Virus record (IMG/VR): IMGVR_UViG_3300038424_000251
Coordinates: 248,001-312,000 of that record
Direction: 5' to 3' (one strand)
DNA: 64,000 nt
Below the pieces are notes generated by a model. The model was not told the DNA's origin. It ran no database searches and saw only the letters and a program-made list of their open reading frames with translations. The position numbers were made by a program, and so were the translations under genes. Shown piece by piece: positions 29,336-37,609 of the stretch. The first letter of the stretch is position 1; every line of letters starts with the position of its first letter.

Positions 29336-29561
29336 AATATCTATGTTAAATAAAGATGATATATATTTTTATGAATTGCTTTGTAAACAAGTAATTCATA
29401 AGAAAAGAAAAAATGCTGTTGCTAAAATGCCCGAAAGAATATATGATAATTTTGATAAAAAGAAAAAATTGCCTGAAAATATAGAAGATAAGTATGAGAA
29501 GGAATTATTTAGGGTGCATGAAGAAAATTTAATGGAAGAAGCTTTTAGGTCAGATGAATAA
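29307..29561 (+). CDS. hypothetical protein
   Basis: LPENIEDKYEKEL. Confidence 0.6.
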   Translation: MMMKEIWKDKISMLNKDDIYFYELLCKQVIHKKRKNAVAKMPERIYDNFDKKKKLPENIEDKYEKELFRVHEENLMEEAFRSDE

Positions 29562-29826
29562 CATATTAATACCTGAACAATTGAAGAAAGTTGTTGGTGG
29601 ACAAAAAGTTTTAACATTGGAATTGACAAGCATATCTGATTTGATTGAACAGCTTTCATCCTTATATCCACAGGCAAAAGAGCGTTTAATCAATGAAAAA
29701 GGAGAATTTAACAGGTTTATCAATGTGTATGTGAATGGTGAGGATATACGGTTTCTAAATTCAATAAACACGAAGATTAATAATGGGGATGAAATTAGCA
29801 TAATTCCAGCTATTGCTGGCGGATAA
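29554..29826 (+). CDS. MoaD/ThiS/Urm1-type ubiquitin-like sulfur carrier
   Basis: FINVYVNGEDIRFL..GDEISIIPAIAGG C-terminus. Confidence 0.92.
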   Translation: MNNILIPEQLKKVVGGQKVLTLELTSISDLIEQLSSLYPQAKERLINEKGEFNRFINVYVNGEDIRFLNSINTKINNGDEISIIPAIAGG

Positions 29827-29869
29827 AACCCTTGTAAAATCAACAAAATAAAGAAAAATCGATGAACGC

Positions 29870-30103
29870 TTGACAGTTTTTAAAAGTCTGATATACTTAT
29901 AACATGATGAGAACAGTATCAACATCGAAAAAAGAGATTTGCCCATTGGCAATTAAAGGACAATGTGTCCTTTCTGTAAAGCCCGTGTGGTATGAATCAT
30001 ATAATCATCAATTTGATAGCATTAATGAAAGGAGCGGCGGATAAGCTCAAGCTAACAAAAAAGATACTTTGAAAACCGCCGCTAAATAAAACGGCGGTTT
30101 TTT
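29870..30103 (+). promoter_or_regulatory. promoter + leader peptide + terminator/antiterminator (attenuator)
   Basis: TTGACA 29870, TATACT 29892, ATG 29904, TAA 30042; agcggcgg 30033 can pair with ccgccgct 30076, competing with terminator 30072-30103. Confidence 0.75.
29904..30044 (+). CDS. leaderless 46-aa leader peptide (not in ORF track)
   Basis: MMRTVSTSKKEICPLAIKGQCVLSVKPVWYESYNHQFDSINERSGG. Confidence 0.7.
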   Translation: MMRTVSTSKKEICPLAIKGQCVLSVKPVWYESYNHQFDSINERSGG

Positions 30104-30114
30104 ATTGTTAAAAT

Positions 30115-30579
30115 ATGAGCAATGAAGTATGGAAAGACATAAAGGGATATGATGGAACATTTCAAATTTCATCGTTGGGTAATGTCAAGCGTGTAAAATC
30201 GCCATCTGGAAAATATTTGGTTTGCAAATTATTGAAAGTTTGTAAACATAAAAATGGATATTCAGGAATATCATTGTGGAAAAATGGAGTTAGAACAAGA
30301 TGTAGGATTAATAGGTTAGTAGCAGAAACGTTTATCGAGAAATCGGATGATAACAAAAAAATAGTTCATCATAAAAATTATAATAGGTCTGATAATAGAG
30401 TAGAAAATTTAGAATGGGTTACACACCTTTATAATTTACAAAATAAAATGCCTAAATATGTCAAAAAGAAAAAGTTACTAATGGATTTATTAAAAATCTT
30501 GAATGAAATGGGGTTATTAAAAGAAAATATTGATGAAACAGAGATATTAAAAAAGATTGAAAGAAGTTGTCGGTTTTAG
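30115..30579 (+). CDS. NUMOD4-HNH homing endonuclease
   Basis: EVWKDIKGYDG.FQISSLGNVK; RLVAETF..VHHKN..RSDN...NLEWVT. Confidence 0.92.
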   Translation: MSNEVWKDIKGYDGTFQISSLGNVKRVKSPSGKYLVCKLLKVCKHKNGYSGISLWKNGVRTRCRINRLVAETFIEKSDDNKKIVHHKNYNRSDNRVENLEWVTHLYNLQNKMPKYVKKKKLLMDLLKILNEMGLLKENIDETEILKKIERSCRF

Positions 30580-31123
30580 TTTATGAAAACATTGGAAGAA
30601 AAGAAAAAAGAGAAATTACAAAAACGAGCTCTTACAAAAGAGTTGGAAGAACATTTGAATTCCAAAGAAATGCAAGACTTGTTAAAAGAATTGGAGAAAA
30701 TGGAAAAATATGTGAAAAAGACACAAAAGGTGTCGGTATAAAATGGTGTTATGAAAAACGATTTGATTGAATTGGTAGGTATAATAGTTAAAATAAATGG
30801 TAAAAAAAGAATTTTTAAAACAGATAACTTTGGATTGCAGGGATGGGCATGGGAAGATGAAACCATAATGGAAAGTGATAGTGGAATAACATTAAATCTT
30901 AAAGATGGAAAAAAGGTATAGAAAACGGAAATTGGTGATAGTTGGATATAAAATTTTTGAATAGGCTTAGAACTCAAACAGTGAGCCTCCGTAAATCGGT
31001 GTCAAATAGTTGAAAAGCTAGAAAAAATCACTTATCGGTCATGGGGTGTTATGAGTAAAATCAGAACCCGGTCTCTGAGATAGATGCAGAGATAATATGG
31101 CGAATGGAATGGTTTTAATTTTT

Positions 31124-31197
31124 AGGCGTCTGGTGTAATGGTAGCCTGATTCTCTCCAAAAGAATTGGTGTGGGTTCGATTCCTACGGCGCCTGCCA
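31124..31197 (+). tRNA. tRNA-Trp(CCA)
   Basis: attct-ctCCAaa-agaat. Confidence 0.9.
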
Positions 31198-31212
31198 ATT
31201 TTAATAGTTAAT

Positions 31213-31290
31213 GCTTCGGAAGCTTAAGTCTGGATAAGCATCAGACTTTTAATCTGATGACAGTGGGTTCGAATCCCACCCGGAGCACCA
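31213..31290 (+). tRNA. tRNA-Lys(TTT)
   Basis: tcaga-ctTTTaa-tctga. Confidence 0.9.
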
Positions 31291-31390
31291 TTCTTCTAGG
31301 AGAAGTCCTATGATATAAATCAGTGATGGTTTAATCACAAACCACTAATCCTATTGGAAGTAATTAATCCGATAGGTAACAATTTTTTAC

Positions 31391-31465
31391 CGTCACGTAG
31401 CTTAAAGGCAAAGCAATCGCTCGATAAGCGATAGAGTGGGATTTCGAGATTCTCCGTGACGACCA
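31391..31465 (+). tRNA. tRNA-Ile(GAT)
   Basis: atcgc-tcGATaa-gcgat; odd T arm. Confidence 0.8.
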
Positions 31466-31471
31466 ATTTTT

Positions 31472-31546
31472 GGGTTCGAAACTTTGATGGTGAAGCTCAC
31501 TCTCTTAAAGTGCTGGAACTGAGTTCAAGTCTCAGCGAACCCACCA
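31472..31546 (+). tRNA. tRNA-Lys(CTT)
   Basis: cact-ctCTTaa-agtg. Confidence 0.85.
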
Positions 31547-31632
31547 ATTTTGTTAACAAAGAAAACTCTATCAATAAATGTTATGCGTTGATATGATTAA
31601 AGAAAGGGGTAAGAGTCCCAAGTATGATATAT

Positions 31633-31725
31633 GGTAGGGTGGTCCGAACGGTTGATGGCGTAAGTCTGTAAAACTTATACCCTTGTTGGTAAACATTGTG
31701 AGTTCAAATCTCACCCCTACCACCA
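31633..31725 (+). tRNA. tRNA-Tyr(GTA)
   Basis: taagt-ctGTAaa-actta, long variable arm. Confidence 0.9.
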
Positions 31726-31735
31726 AAATTTTAAT

Positions 31736-31809
31736 TGGAGTGTCGATCAATGGTAGGTCCTTCGGTTGTTACCCGAATGATGAGGGTTCAATTCCTTCTG
31801 CTCCAGCCA
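31736..31809 (+). tRNA. tRNA-Asn(GTT), atypical
   Basis: ttcgg-ttGTTac-ccgaa. Confidence 0.8.
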
Positions 31810-31862
31810 ATTTTGGGTAAGATTGATACAATGTATTTACCAACTTTTTATATTTATATTAT

Positions 31863-32600
31863 ATGAAAAGAAAAATTAAAAATACAACGATGATATCAGG
31901 TATAGTTTTACTATTCTTGATAGGAATTTCTACATCATTTATTATTGGTAGTAGTAGAAGCCATAAAGTAATAATAAATCCATCATCAAATTCAACATAT
32001 ATTGTGGTTTCAAACAATGTAGTAATACCCTCAAATGTAGTACCTTCAACTAATGTAGTGATATGTTATTCAAATAATATTTTGAGTGATAGTGATATGA
32101 TTGAGATTATGGATACTGGAGCAATACCCAATTTTGACAGAGTGACCAATAATATTTACCGAGGAAGTCAACCAACCGAAGTAGGATGGCGATATTTACA
32201 TAATGTTCTTGGTGTGACTAACGTTGTAAAACTTAATACCGAAAAAGAAGGTTCTGATGAATATGCTATATCATTGGGAATGAAGGTTAATTATTTTCCA
32301 ATTTCATTTGAGGAACAAATGATGGGTCCATCAAGTCAAAAAATAAATTCTATTTTAGCATCAATTACGGATAAAACATTTATTCATTGTGGTAGTGATT
32401 TAAGAACAAAATCAGGAATAGATAAAACATTAGACCGTCAAGGGGGACAAGATAGGACTGGTTTGGTTGTTGCTGAATATCGTTATCTTGTGGATGGTTG
32501 GTCAAAGCAAGATGCAAGACAAGAAATGTTACAGCATGGATTTCACACAAGTCTTGTTGGACTTGATTGGTATTGGAGAGAAAAAACAATAAGACAATAA
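31863..32600 (+). CDS. exported Cys-based (PTP/DSP-like) phosphatase
   Basis: N-terminal TM; NF.RV..IYRGSQP; HC...GQDRTG. Confidence 0.85.
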   Translation: MKRKIKNTTMISGIVLLFLIGISTSFIIGSSRSHKVIINPSSNSTYIVVSNNVVIPSNVVPSTNVVICYSNNILSDSDMIEIMDTGAIPNFDRVTNNIYRGSQPTEVGWRYLHNVLGVTNVVKLNTEKEGSDEYAISLGMKVNYFPISFEEQMMGPSSQKINSILASITDKTFIHCGSDLRTKSGIDKTLDRQGGQDRTGLVVAEYRYLVDGWSKQDARQEMLQHGFHTSLVGLDWYWREKTIRQ

Positions 32601-32608
32601 AATAATTT

Positions 32609-32663
32609 GAGATACGAACAGCAACTAAAAAAATTCATATGCTAAATGAAAAATAAGTATCTC
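32609..32663 (+). ncRNA. CAGCAA-stem RNA copy 2 (minimal)
   Basis: gagatac-ga-acagcaa...gtatctc. Confidence 0.7.
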
Positions 32664-32774
32664 GTAATTTAAGCGCTAGTAGGAAAGTAAATACCTCTAT
32701 TGTAGGTATGTCTAGGAGATAACCTCTGCTCAGACCATCAGTAAAATGAATGGGCGGCTTTCTACAGTATTCGT

Positions 32775-32849
32775 GGTCGTATGTTGTAGTGGTAGCAGTG
32801 GTTGTTTGTCAAACAACGGGCAGGAGTTCGATTCTCCTTATGACCGCCA
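32775..32849 (+). tRNA. tRNA-Asp(GTC)
   Basis: gttgt-ttGTCaa-acaac; G73. Confidence 0.85.
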
Positions 32850-32857
32850 ATTTTAAC

Positions 32858-32932
32858 GGGGAGTTAGCCAAGAGGAAAGGCAGGAATCTGCAAAATTCTT
32901 ATTCGTTGGTTCGAGTCCAACACTTCCCTCCA
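32858..32932 (+). tRNA. tRNA-Cys(GCA)
   Basis: ggaat-ctGCAaa-attct; U73. Confidence 0.9.
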
Positions 32933-32940
32933 ATTTTTGT

Positions 32941-33030
32941 CAGAGTGTAGGAAGGTAACTTGGAAGCCACCCTCGCTTGGAACGAGGCGTCTTTATGACC
33001 CTGTGAGTTCGAATCTCACCACTCTGACCA
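32941..33030 (+). tRNA. tRNA-Pro(TGG) with long variable arm
   Basis: cctcg-ctTGGaa-cgagg; extra gtc-tttat-gac arm. Confidence 0.75.
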
Positions 33031-33036
33031 ATTTAT

Positions 33037-33119
33037 GCCAGAGTAATATATCTAGTTTCTTTCAGATATTTACAGCAAACCATTAGGAAATATTGGTTCA
33101 AATCCGATCTCTGGCGCCA
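33037..33119 (+). ncRNA. tRNA-fused, permuted CAGCAA-stem RNA (copy 3)
   Basis: GCCAGAG/CTCTGGC-G-CCA, T arm attgg-ttcaaat-ccgat, internal atatct..agatat-tt-acagcaa. Confidence 0.7.
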
Positions 33120-33121
33120 AT

Positions 33122-33418
33122 TTCTAGTTCCTTCTGTGGCGGAATGTATCGTAGATGTTACAACGCACGCTATCAGACGCCTTGGGCGGTCTTGTGACAC
33201 AGGAAGGGTAAAGCAAAGTCAGCGAGCCCCGGTTTCGGAAAGGTGGCGCACCGAGACAGACTCGTTTGAGGGCTGGCTACCAATCTATCCCTCATTATAG
33301 GTAAAATCCTATTGCGGTGTTGAGAGTAAGTAGCTCTTACTTGAGCCGTATGGCTGAAATAACCACAACACTTGTGAAGCAACTATACACTTGGTATGTG
33401 TATCAGTTGGGACTAGAA
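33122..33418 (+). ncRNA. orphan ~300-nt structured RNA
   Basis: 10-bp closing stem ttctagttcc/gggactagaa, GC-rich multi-hairpin interior. Confidence 0.65.
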
Positions 33419-33424
33419 AATTTT

Positions 33425-33525
33425 TAGATGCCCACAGCAACACCCAAAAGGTAAAATCAATGCACTATAAAGCAATGACAAGATGGTTCAAACCCATCAA
33501 AACGCCGAAAGGCGTCTGGCATCTA
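33425..33525 (+). ncRNA. CAGCAA-stem RNA copy 4 with T arm
   Basis: tagatgcc-c-acagcaa...gatgg-ttcaaac-ccatc...ggcatcta. Confidence 0.75.
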
Positions 33526-33530
33526 GCTTT

Positions 33531-33606
33531 CCCCGTTTAGCAAATCTGGTGATTGCCTTCGGCTGAAGACCGAATGAGCTCGGTTCGAATCCGGGTACGG
33601 GGACCA
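33531..33606 (+). tRNA. tRNA-Phe(GAA)
   Basis: ttcgg-ctGAAga-ccgaa. Confidence 0.85.
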
Positions 33607-33669
33607 TTTTAATAGTAGAGCGCTAAAATAAAATTAAGCGCTTTACTAATTTCATCATATTTATTTAAT

Positions 33670-34137
33670 ATGAGAGAAATTACTACAAACGAAGAATTGT
33701 CAGAAATAGTTAAAAATTCTATTTCTTGGAGTGACGTAATTAGAGCATGTGGTGCTCCTATAGGTGGGGCAGCATATCAACATTACCAATCAAGAGTAAA
33801 AAAGTTAAATTTTAATACAAGTCATTTTCTAGGAAAAGCAGCGCATGCAGGTCCAAGAGGAACTGGTAAGGCCAAAAGAAAACACTGGTCTGAAATTCTA
33901 ATTTTTAGAAAAACTAACGATAGAGAAAGGTCAAATAAATTCAGAAGAGCATATAAAGAATATTGTGAAGAAAAAAATATTCCTATACAATGTGTTGACT
34001 GTAAAAATGGTGGTGAATGGTATGGAAAGAAACTTAAACTTGAAATCAATCATAAAGATGATTGTAGATGGAATAATATTCCAGAAAATTTGGAATGGCT
34101 GTGCCCAAACTGTCATTCAATTAAAACAATTTATTAA
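33670..34137 (+). CDS. HNH endonuclease
   Basis: CVDC..W.GKKL.LEINHKD..NN..ENLEWLCPNCHS. Confidence 0.9.
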   Translation: MREITTNEELSEIVKNSISWSDVIRACGAPIGGAAYQHYQSRVKKLNFNTSHFLGKAAHAGPRGTGKAKRKHWSEILIFRKTNDRERSNKFRRAYKEYCEEKNIPIQCVDCKNGGEWYGKKLKLEINHKDDCRWNNIPENLEWLCPNCHSIKTIY

Positions 34138-34603
34138 ATTCAATAAATATCAGAGACATGCTTTAGAATTGATTAAGAAACATGGATTAGAATTAAAGCC
34201 ATCTCTTGGGACGGTGAAATGGATAACTGATTGGAATTTATCATCAAATTATAATGGTAATTGTGTTGTGGTCCCAATTGTTAATTATCACAATATTATT
34301 TGCCCTAATATTTTAAATTATAGAGAGTATTCTATTTTTCTACATGAATCTAGTCATAGATTAAATGGTGATGATAATAGTAAAGCATATTTTGACCCGC
34401 CTTTTAATACTCAACTTACTCCGATTGGATGGATTTATGAAAAGAGTGCTTGGAAAGAAGCAAAATCAATAGCTAAGTGGTGGGTACCACAAATGACACG
34501 GTTTTGTAAGGAAGCATTAGTTTCTTATCAAAAAGGAAAAGCAAAACGCCTTAATATTTCTGATAAAGAAATAGAAGACTTTATAAATGACAATTTTGGG
34601 TAA
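34130..34603 (+). CDS. HExxH-motif hypothetical protein, start uncertain
   Basis: LHESSHR..E..AW..A; no clear start after the HNH gene. Confidence 0.45.
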   Translation, partial: FIKFNKYQRHALELIKKHGLELKPSLGTVKWITDWNLSSNYNGNCVVVPIVNYHNIICPNILNYREYSIFLHESSHRLNGDDNSKAYFDPPFNTQLTPIGWIYEKSAWKEAKSIAKWWVPQMTRFCKEALVSYQKGKAKRLNISDKEIEDFINDNFG

Positions 34604-34719
34604 GATTGATACAGTGAAGGTTGGCCCGTCATTTTCTTTTAATATTAAATGACAAGTTCAGTGAATGCTGATAACAAACAGGTTAGCCTGTATGGGTTTG
34701 ATTCCCATATTATCCACCA
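34598..34719 (+). ncRNA. expanded tRNA-like RNA with Ala-type acceptor
   Basis: GGGTAA/TTATCC-A-CCA with G3:U; tatggg-tttgatt-cccata. Confidence 0.65.
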
Positions 34720-34720
34720 A

Positions 34721-34813
34721 TTTAGAGGGACTGAAATGATTTGTAATCATTAAGCGGGACGCAACAACGTCTGAACAGTCTGAACGGCATCCGCCGTGGT
34801 AAGACCCTCTAAA
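34721..34813 (+). ncRNA. orphan closed-stem RNA
   Basis: tttagaggg/ccctctaaa. Confidence 0.5.
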
Positions 34814-34888
34814 ATTAATTTAGACACTAACATTATAATATTGTTGACAAAAACTGAATGATTGTTTATAATTATTGATGGATAGTTT

Positions 34889-35311
34889 ATGAAAAAGATT
34901 TTAATTTCCTGTTATGTGTTTTTTTTGATGTTATTCATGTCTTATTCGGCTATGGTGAGTATTTATTTCAACTTACCTAATGGAGTTGGTGTCCCATATA
35001 TCTCCTATGTCCATGTGTATTATGGACCGCAATTTCAAACATATACAAATCAATTTTTATGGCCGGTTGGCTCATCCACTAATCTTGCAGTGGCATTTGA
35101 TGCGGAAAACTGTCGGATTATGTCTATAGGAAATGCCATTAAGGTTCCAGTATATGGATTACAATTAGGCCAACAATTTTATTGCAAATATAATTTTGTG
35201 TATTCTGATGGTTCAGAATCTTTACCTATTTTTGAATCACAATGCGGATTTACTGTAACAAATTCCGCAGATTTACTTCTTCCTCCAATTGATTTGAGGG
35301 TAGTAGAATAA
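34889..35311 (+). CDS. secreted FN3-like protein 1
   Basis: signal peptide; YYGPQFQTYTN; PPIDLRVVE. Confidence 0.8.
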   Translation: MKKILISCYVFFLMLFMSYSAMVSIYFNLPNGVGVPYISYVHVYYGPQFQTYTNQFLWPVGSSTNLAVAFDAENCRIMSIGNAIKVPVYGLQLGQQFYCKYNFVYSDGSESLPIFESQCGFTVTNSADLLLPPIDLRVVE

Positions 35312-35390
35312 ATTATTTTAATTTAGATACTAACATCATAATATTGTTGACAAAATTGAATGATGGTTCATAATTATTGGTAGATAATTT

Positions 35391-35858
35391 ATGAAAAAGA
35401 TTTTAATGTTCTGTTGTATATTTTTTTTAACGTTATCCATGTCAACAGGTATTCCAACTACTTCTATTAATGAATCTAGTCAAGTTGGTGCAGCTATGGT
35501 AAATATCTACCTTAGTCAGCCTAATGGATTCGGCATCCCGCACATTTCTTATGTTCATCTGTATTATGGTTCTCAATTAAAGACTTATACAAATCAATTT
35601 TTATGGCCGGTTGGTCCTTCCACCAATTATCCGGGGGTGGCATTTGATGCATACAACTGCCAGATTGAAGCCATAGGAAATGCTATTAATATTCCAGTAT
35701 ATGGATTACAATTAGGTCAACAATTTTATTATGCTTATGATATGGTATATGATGATGGTTCAGAATCTTTATTCTATTTTGAATCGCAATGTGGATTTAT
35801 TGTAACAAATTCCGTAAATTTACTTCTTCCTCCAATTGATTTGAGGGTAGTAGAATAA
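35391..35858 (+). CDS. secreted FN3-like protein 2
   Basis: YYGSQLKTYTN; PPIDLRVVE. Confidence 0.8.
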   Translation: MKKILMFCCIFFLTLSMSTGIPTTSINESSQVGAAMVNIYLSQPNGFGIPHISYVHLYYGSQLKTYTNQFLWPVGPSTNYPGVAFDAYNCQIEAIGNAINIPVYGLQLGQQFYYAYDMVYDDGSESLFYFESQCGFIVTNSVNLLLPPIDLRVVE

Positions 35859-35888
35859 ATTATTTTAACTTTTATATTACATTTTAAT

Positions 35889-35966
35889 GGCGCTGTAGTT
35901 TAATTGGCTTAGAACAACTCGTTTTCAGCGAGTACGATGAGGGTTCGACTCCCTTCGGCGCTGCCA
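35889..35966 (+). tRNA. tRNA-Glu(TTC)
   Basis: actcg-ttTTCag-cgagt. Confidence 0.88.
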
Positions 35967-35972
35967 ATTTTT

Positions 35973-36049
<77 letters not shown>

Positions 36050-36053
36050 ATTT

Positions 36054-36129
36054 GGCCCTATCGTCTAATAGGAAAGGATTCTGGCTTCTCAAGTCGGGGA
36101 ACTCAGTTCGACTCTGAGTAGGGCTACCA
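36054..36129 (+). tRNA. tRNA-Glu(CTC)
   Basis: ctggc-ttCTCaa-gtcgg. Confidence 0.85.
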
Positions 36130-36161
36130 ATTTTATTAAAATCTATTTCATATTTATTTAT

Positions 36162-37112
36162 ATGAAGAAATCTCAATTGAAATGGCTAATCAAGGAAATT
36201 GTTAAAGAGGTTTTATCCAAAGAAGATAAAAATGATAAAACAATAATTATAGTCCACGGATGGTCGGGGTCTCCTGAAGATAATTGGATACCCTATACTA
36301 AATCATCACTTAAAAAGTTAGGATATAATGTTATTTGTCCAACTATGCCTCACTCTGATAATCCAACCATAAAAGATTGGATACCTTTTCTATCAAATAT
36401 TGTAGGCGAACCCAATAAAAATACTTATTTCATAGGACATAGTATAGGATGCCAAACTATAATGAGATATTTAGAAACTATTGATACAAAAGTTGGTGGT
36501 GTTGTTTTTGTTGCTGGTTTTTTTGACCTTAAGAATTTGGGTGATGAAGAAAAAAAGATTGCTAAACAATGGATTGAGACACCAATAGACATAGAGAAAG
36601 TTAAAAATAATATAGGATTTTCTATTGTTTTTCTAAGTAATGACGACACTGATGTTCCATATCAAAAAACTAAAGAAAAATTTGAAAAACTCTTTGGGTC
36701 AACAATTATTACAGTTGATGATGCTGGTCATTTTACTACTGATGATGGTTACGATTCTTTTCCAAAATTAGTCTCAGTAATTGATAAAAAAATATCAAAT
36801 AAAAAAATTGTTAATGAAGTTTTATCAGGTCAAGATAAAAATGCTAAAACCGAACATTTTTGGGTAAAATTTGGAGAACCTGATATAGTAAAGGGCGCAG
36901 GTAAGATATTTTTAGGAAATGAATGGTTTGCCAATGCTGTTCAAATGGCTGCAGATTGGAATCCAAAATATGCTGGAAAGTGGGTTGTAAATCGCCATAC
37001 TGGAGCATTTAGATTAAAACTTCCCCCATCTAAAGGGGGATATTATTCCACGATTCAAGAATTACTTAATGATTTAGAAACGTGGTATATTAAAAATCAT
37101 TTAAATAAATAA
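36162..37112 (+). CDS. RBBP9/YdeN alpha/beta hydrolase with phage N-terminal tag
   Basis: VHGW.GSP..NW, GHSIG, AGHF; MKKSQLKWLIKEIVKEVL. Confidence 0.88.
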   Translation: MKKSQLKWLIKEIVKEVLSKEDKNDKTIIIVHGWSGSPEDNWIPYTKSSLKKLGYNVICPTMPHSDNPTIKDWIPFLSNIVGEPNKNTYFIGHSIGCQTIMRYLETIDTKVGGVVFVAGFFDLKNLGDEEKKIAKQWIETPIDIEKVKNNIGFSIVFLSNDDTDVPYQKTKEKFEKLFGSTIITVDDAGHFTTDDGYDSFPKLVSVIDKKISNKKIVNEVLSGQDKNAKTEHFWVKFGEPDIVKGAGKIFLGNEWFANAVQMAADWNPKYAGKWVVNRHTGAFRLKLPPSKGGYYSTIQELLNDLETWYIKNHLNK

Positions 37113-37121
37113 TTTCATAAT

Positions 37122-37195
37122 GCGAGTATAGTTTAATGGTAGAACGTTGGTTTGTGGAACCAAATATACAGGTTCGATTCCTGTCACTCGTACCA
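37122..37195 (+). tRNA. tRNA-His(GTG), A73
   Basis: ttggt-ttGTGga-accaa. Confidence 0.85.
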
Positions 37196-37243
37196 ATTTA
37201 AAATTGACAATCCAAAGGATTGTGTTATAATAAAGGAAAGATT

Positions 37244-37358
37244 TCCCGTAGGTGGGTGCAATGCCCATGACGGTAGGTAAAGAAATTGATTCCAATCTTT
37301 TTCTTAATAATCTACAGTCTCACTGGTCACCCTTTCGGGTGTTCGCTTGGCTACGGGA
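37244..37358 (+). ncRNA. orphan closed-stem RNA
   Basis: tcccgtag/ctacggga; promoter TTGACA 37204, TATAAT 37226. Confidence 0.55.
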
Positions 37359-37368
37359 TTTAATTTTT

Positions 37369-37519
37369 ATGAGATTGAAAAGAGTAAAACCGTGCTCGTG
37401 ATATAGACAGACTAGGCCGGCCAAATAAAATTTGGTTGAACACATGAGAAACAAGGGTAAGGAGTCTTAGCGGGAGCCTTTACGAAAGTAAAATCACAGA
37501 ACTATCACATAAATCTCAT
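37369..37519 (+). ncRNA. orphan closed-stem RNA
   Basis: atgagatt/aatctcat; tttac-gaaa-gtaaa hairpin. Confidence 0.5.
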
Positions 37520-37522
37520 TAT

Positions 37523-37596
37523 GCTCAGGTACGATAATGGTAGTCCCTTCGCTTGATGAGCGGATTGTGTCGGTTCAACTCCGGCTCTGAGCACCA
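37523..37596 (+). tRNA. tRNA-Ile(GAT), G37
   Basis: ttcgc-ttGATga-gcgga. Confidence 0.78.
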
Positions 37597-37609
37597 TTTA
37601 AGAAAAATT

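Larger units (their letters stand above)
34817..35868 (+). repeat. tandem duplication of promoter + FN3-like gene
   Basis: near-identical upstream regions (34817, 35320) and identical 3' ends ..cctccaattgatttgagggtagtagaataaattattttaa. Confidence 0.9.

Noticed and set aside
30960-31112. Second RNase P-like fragment (cagaacccgg)
   Set aside because: No GAGGAA/P4 partner or closing helix found; left unassigned.
32679-32765. Further orphan RNA (gtaggaaagt/gctttctac)
   Set aside because: The closing stem is imperfect; support is too weak to list as a feature.
34730-34745. Hammerhead ribozyme
   Set aside because: ctgaaatga does not match CUGANGA and no GAAA core is in place.
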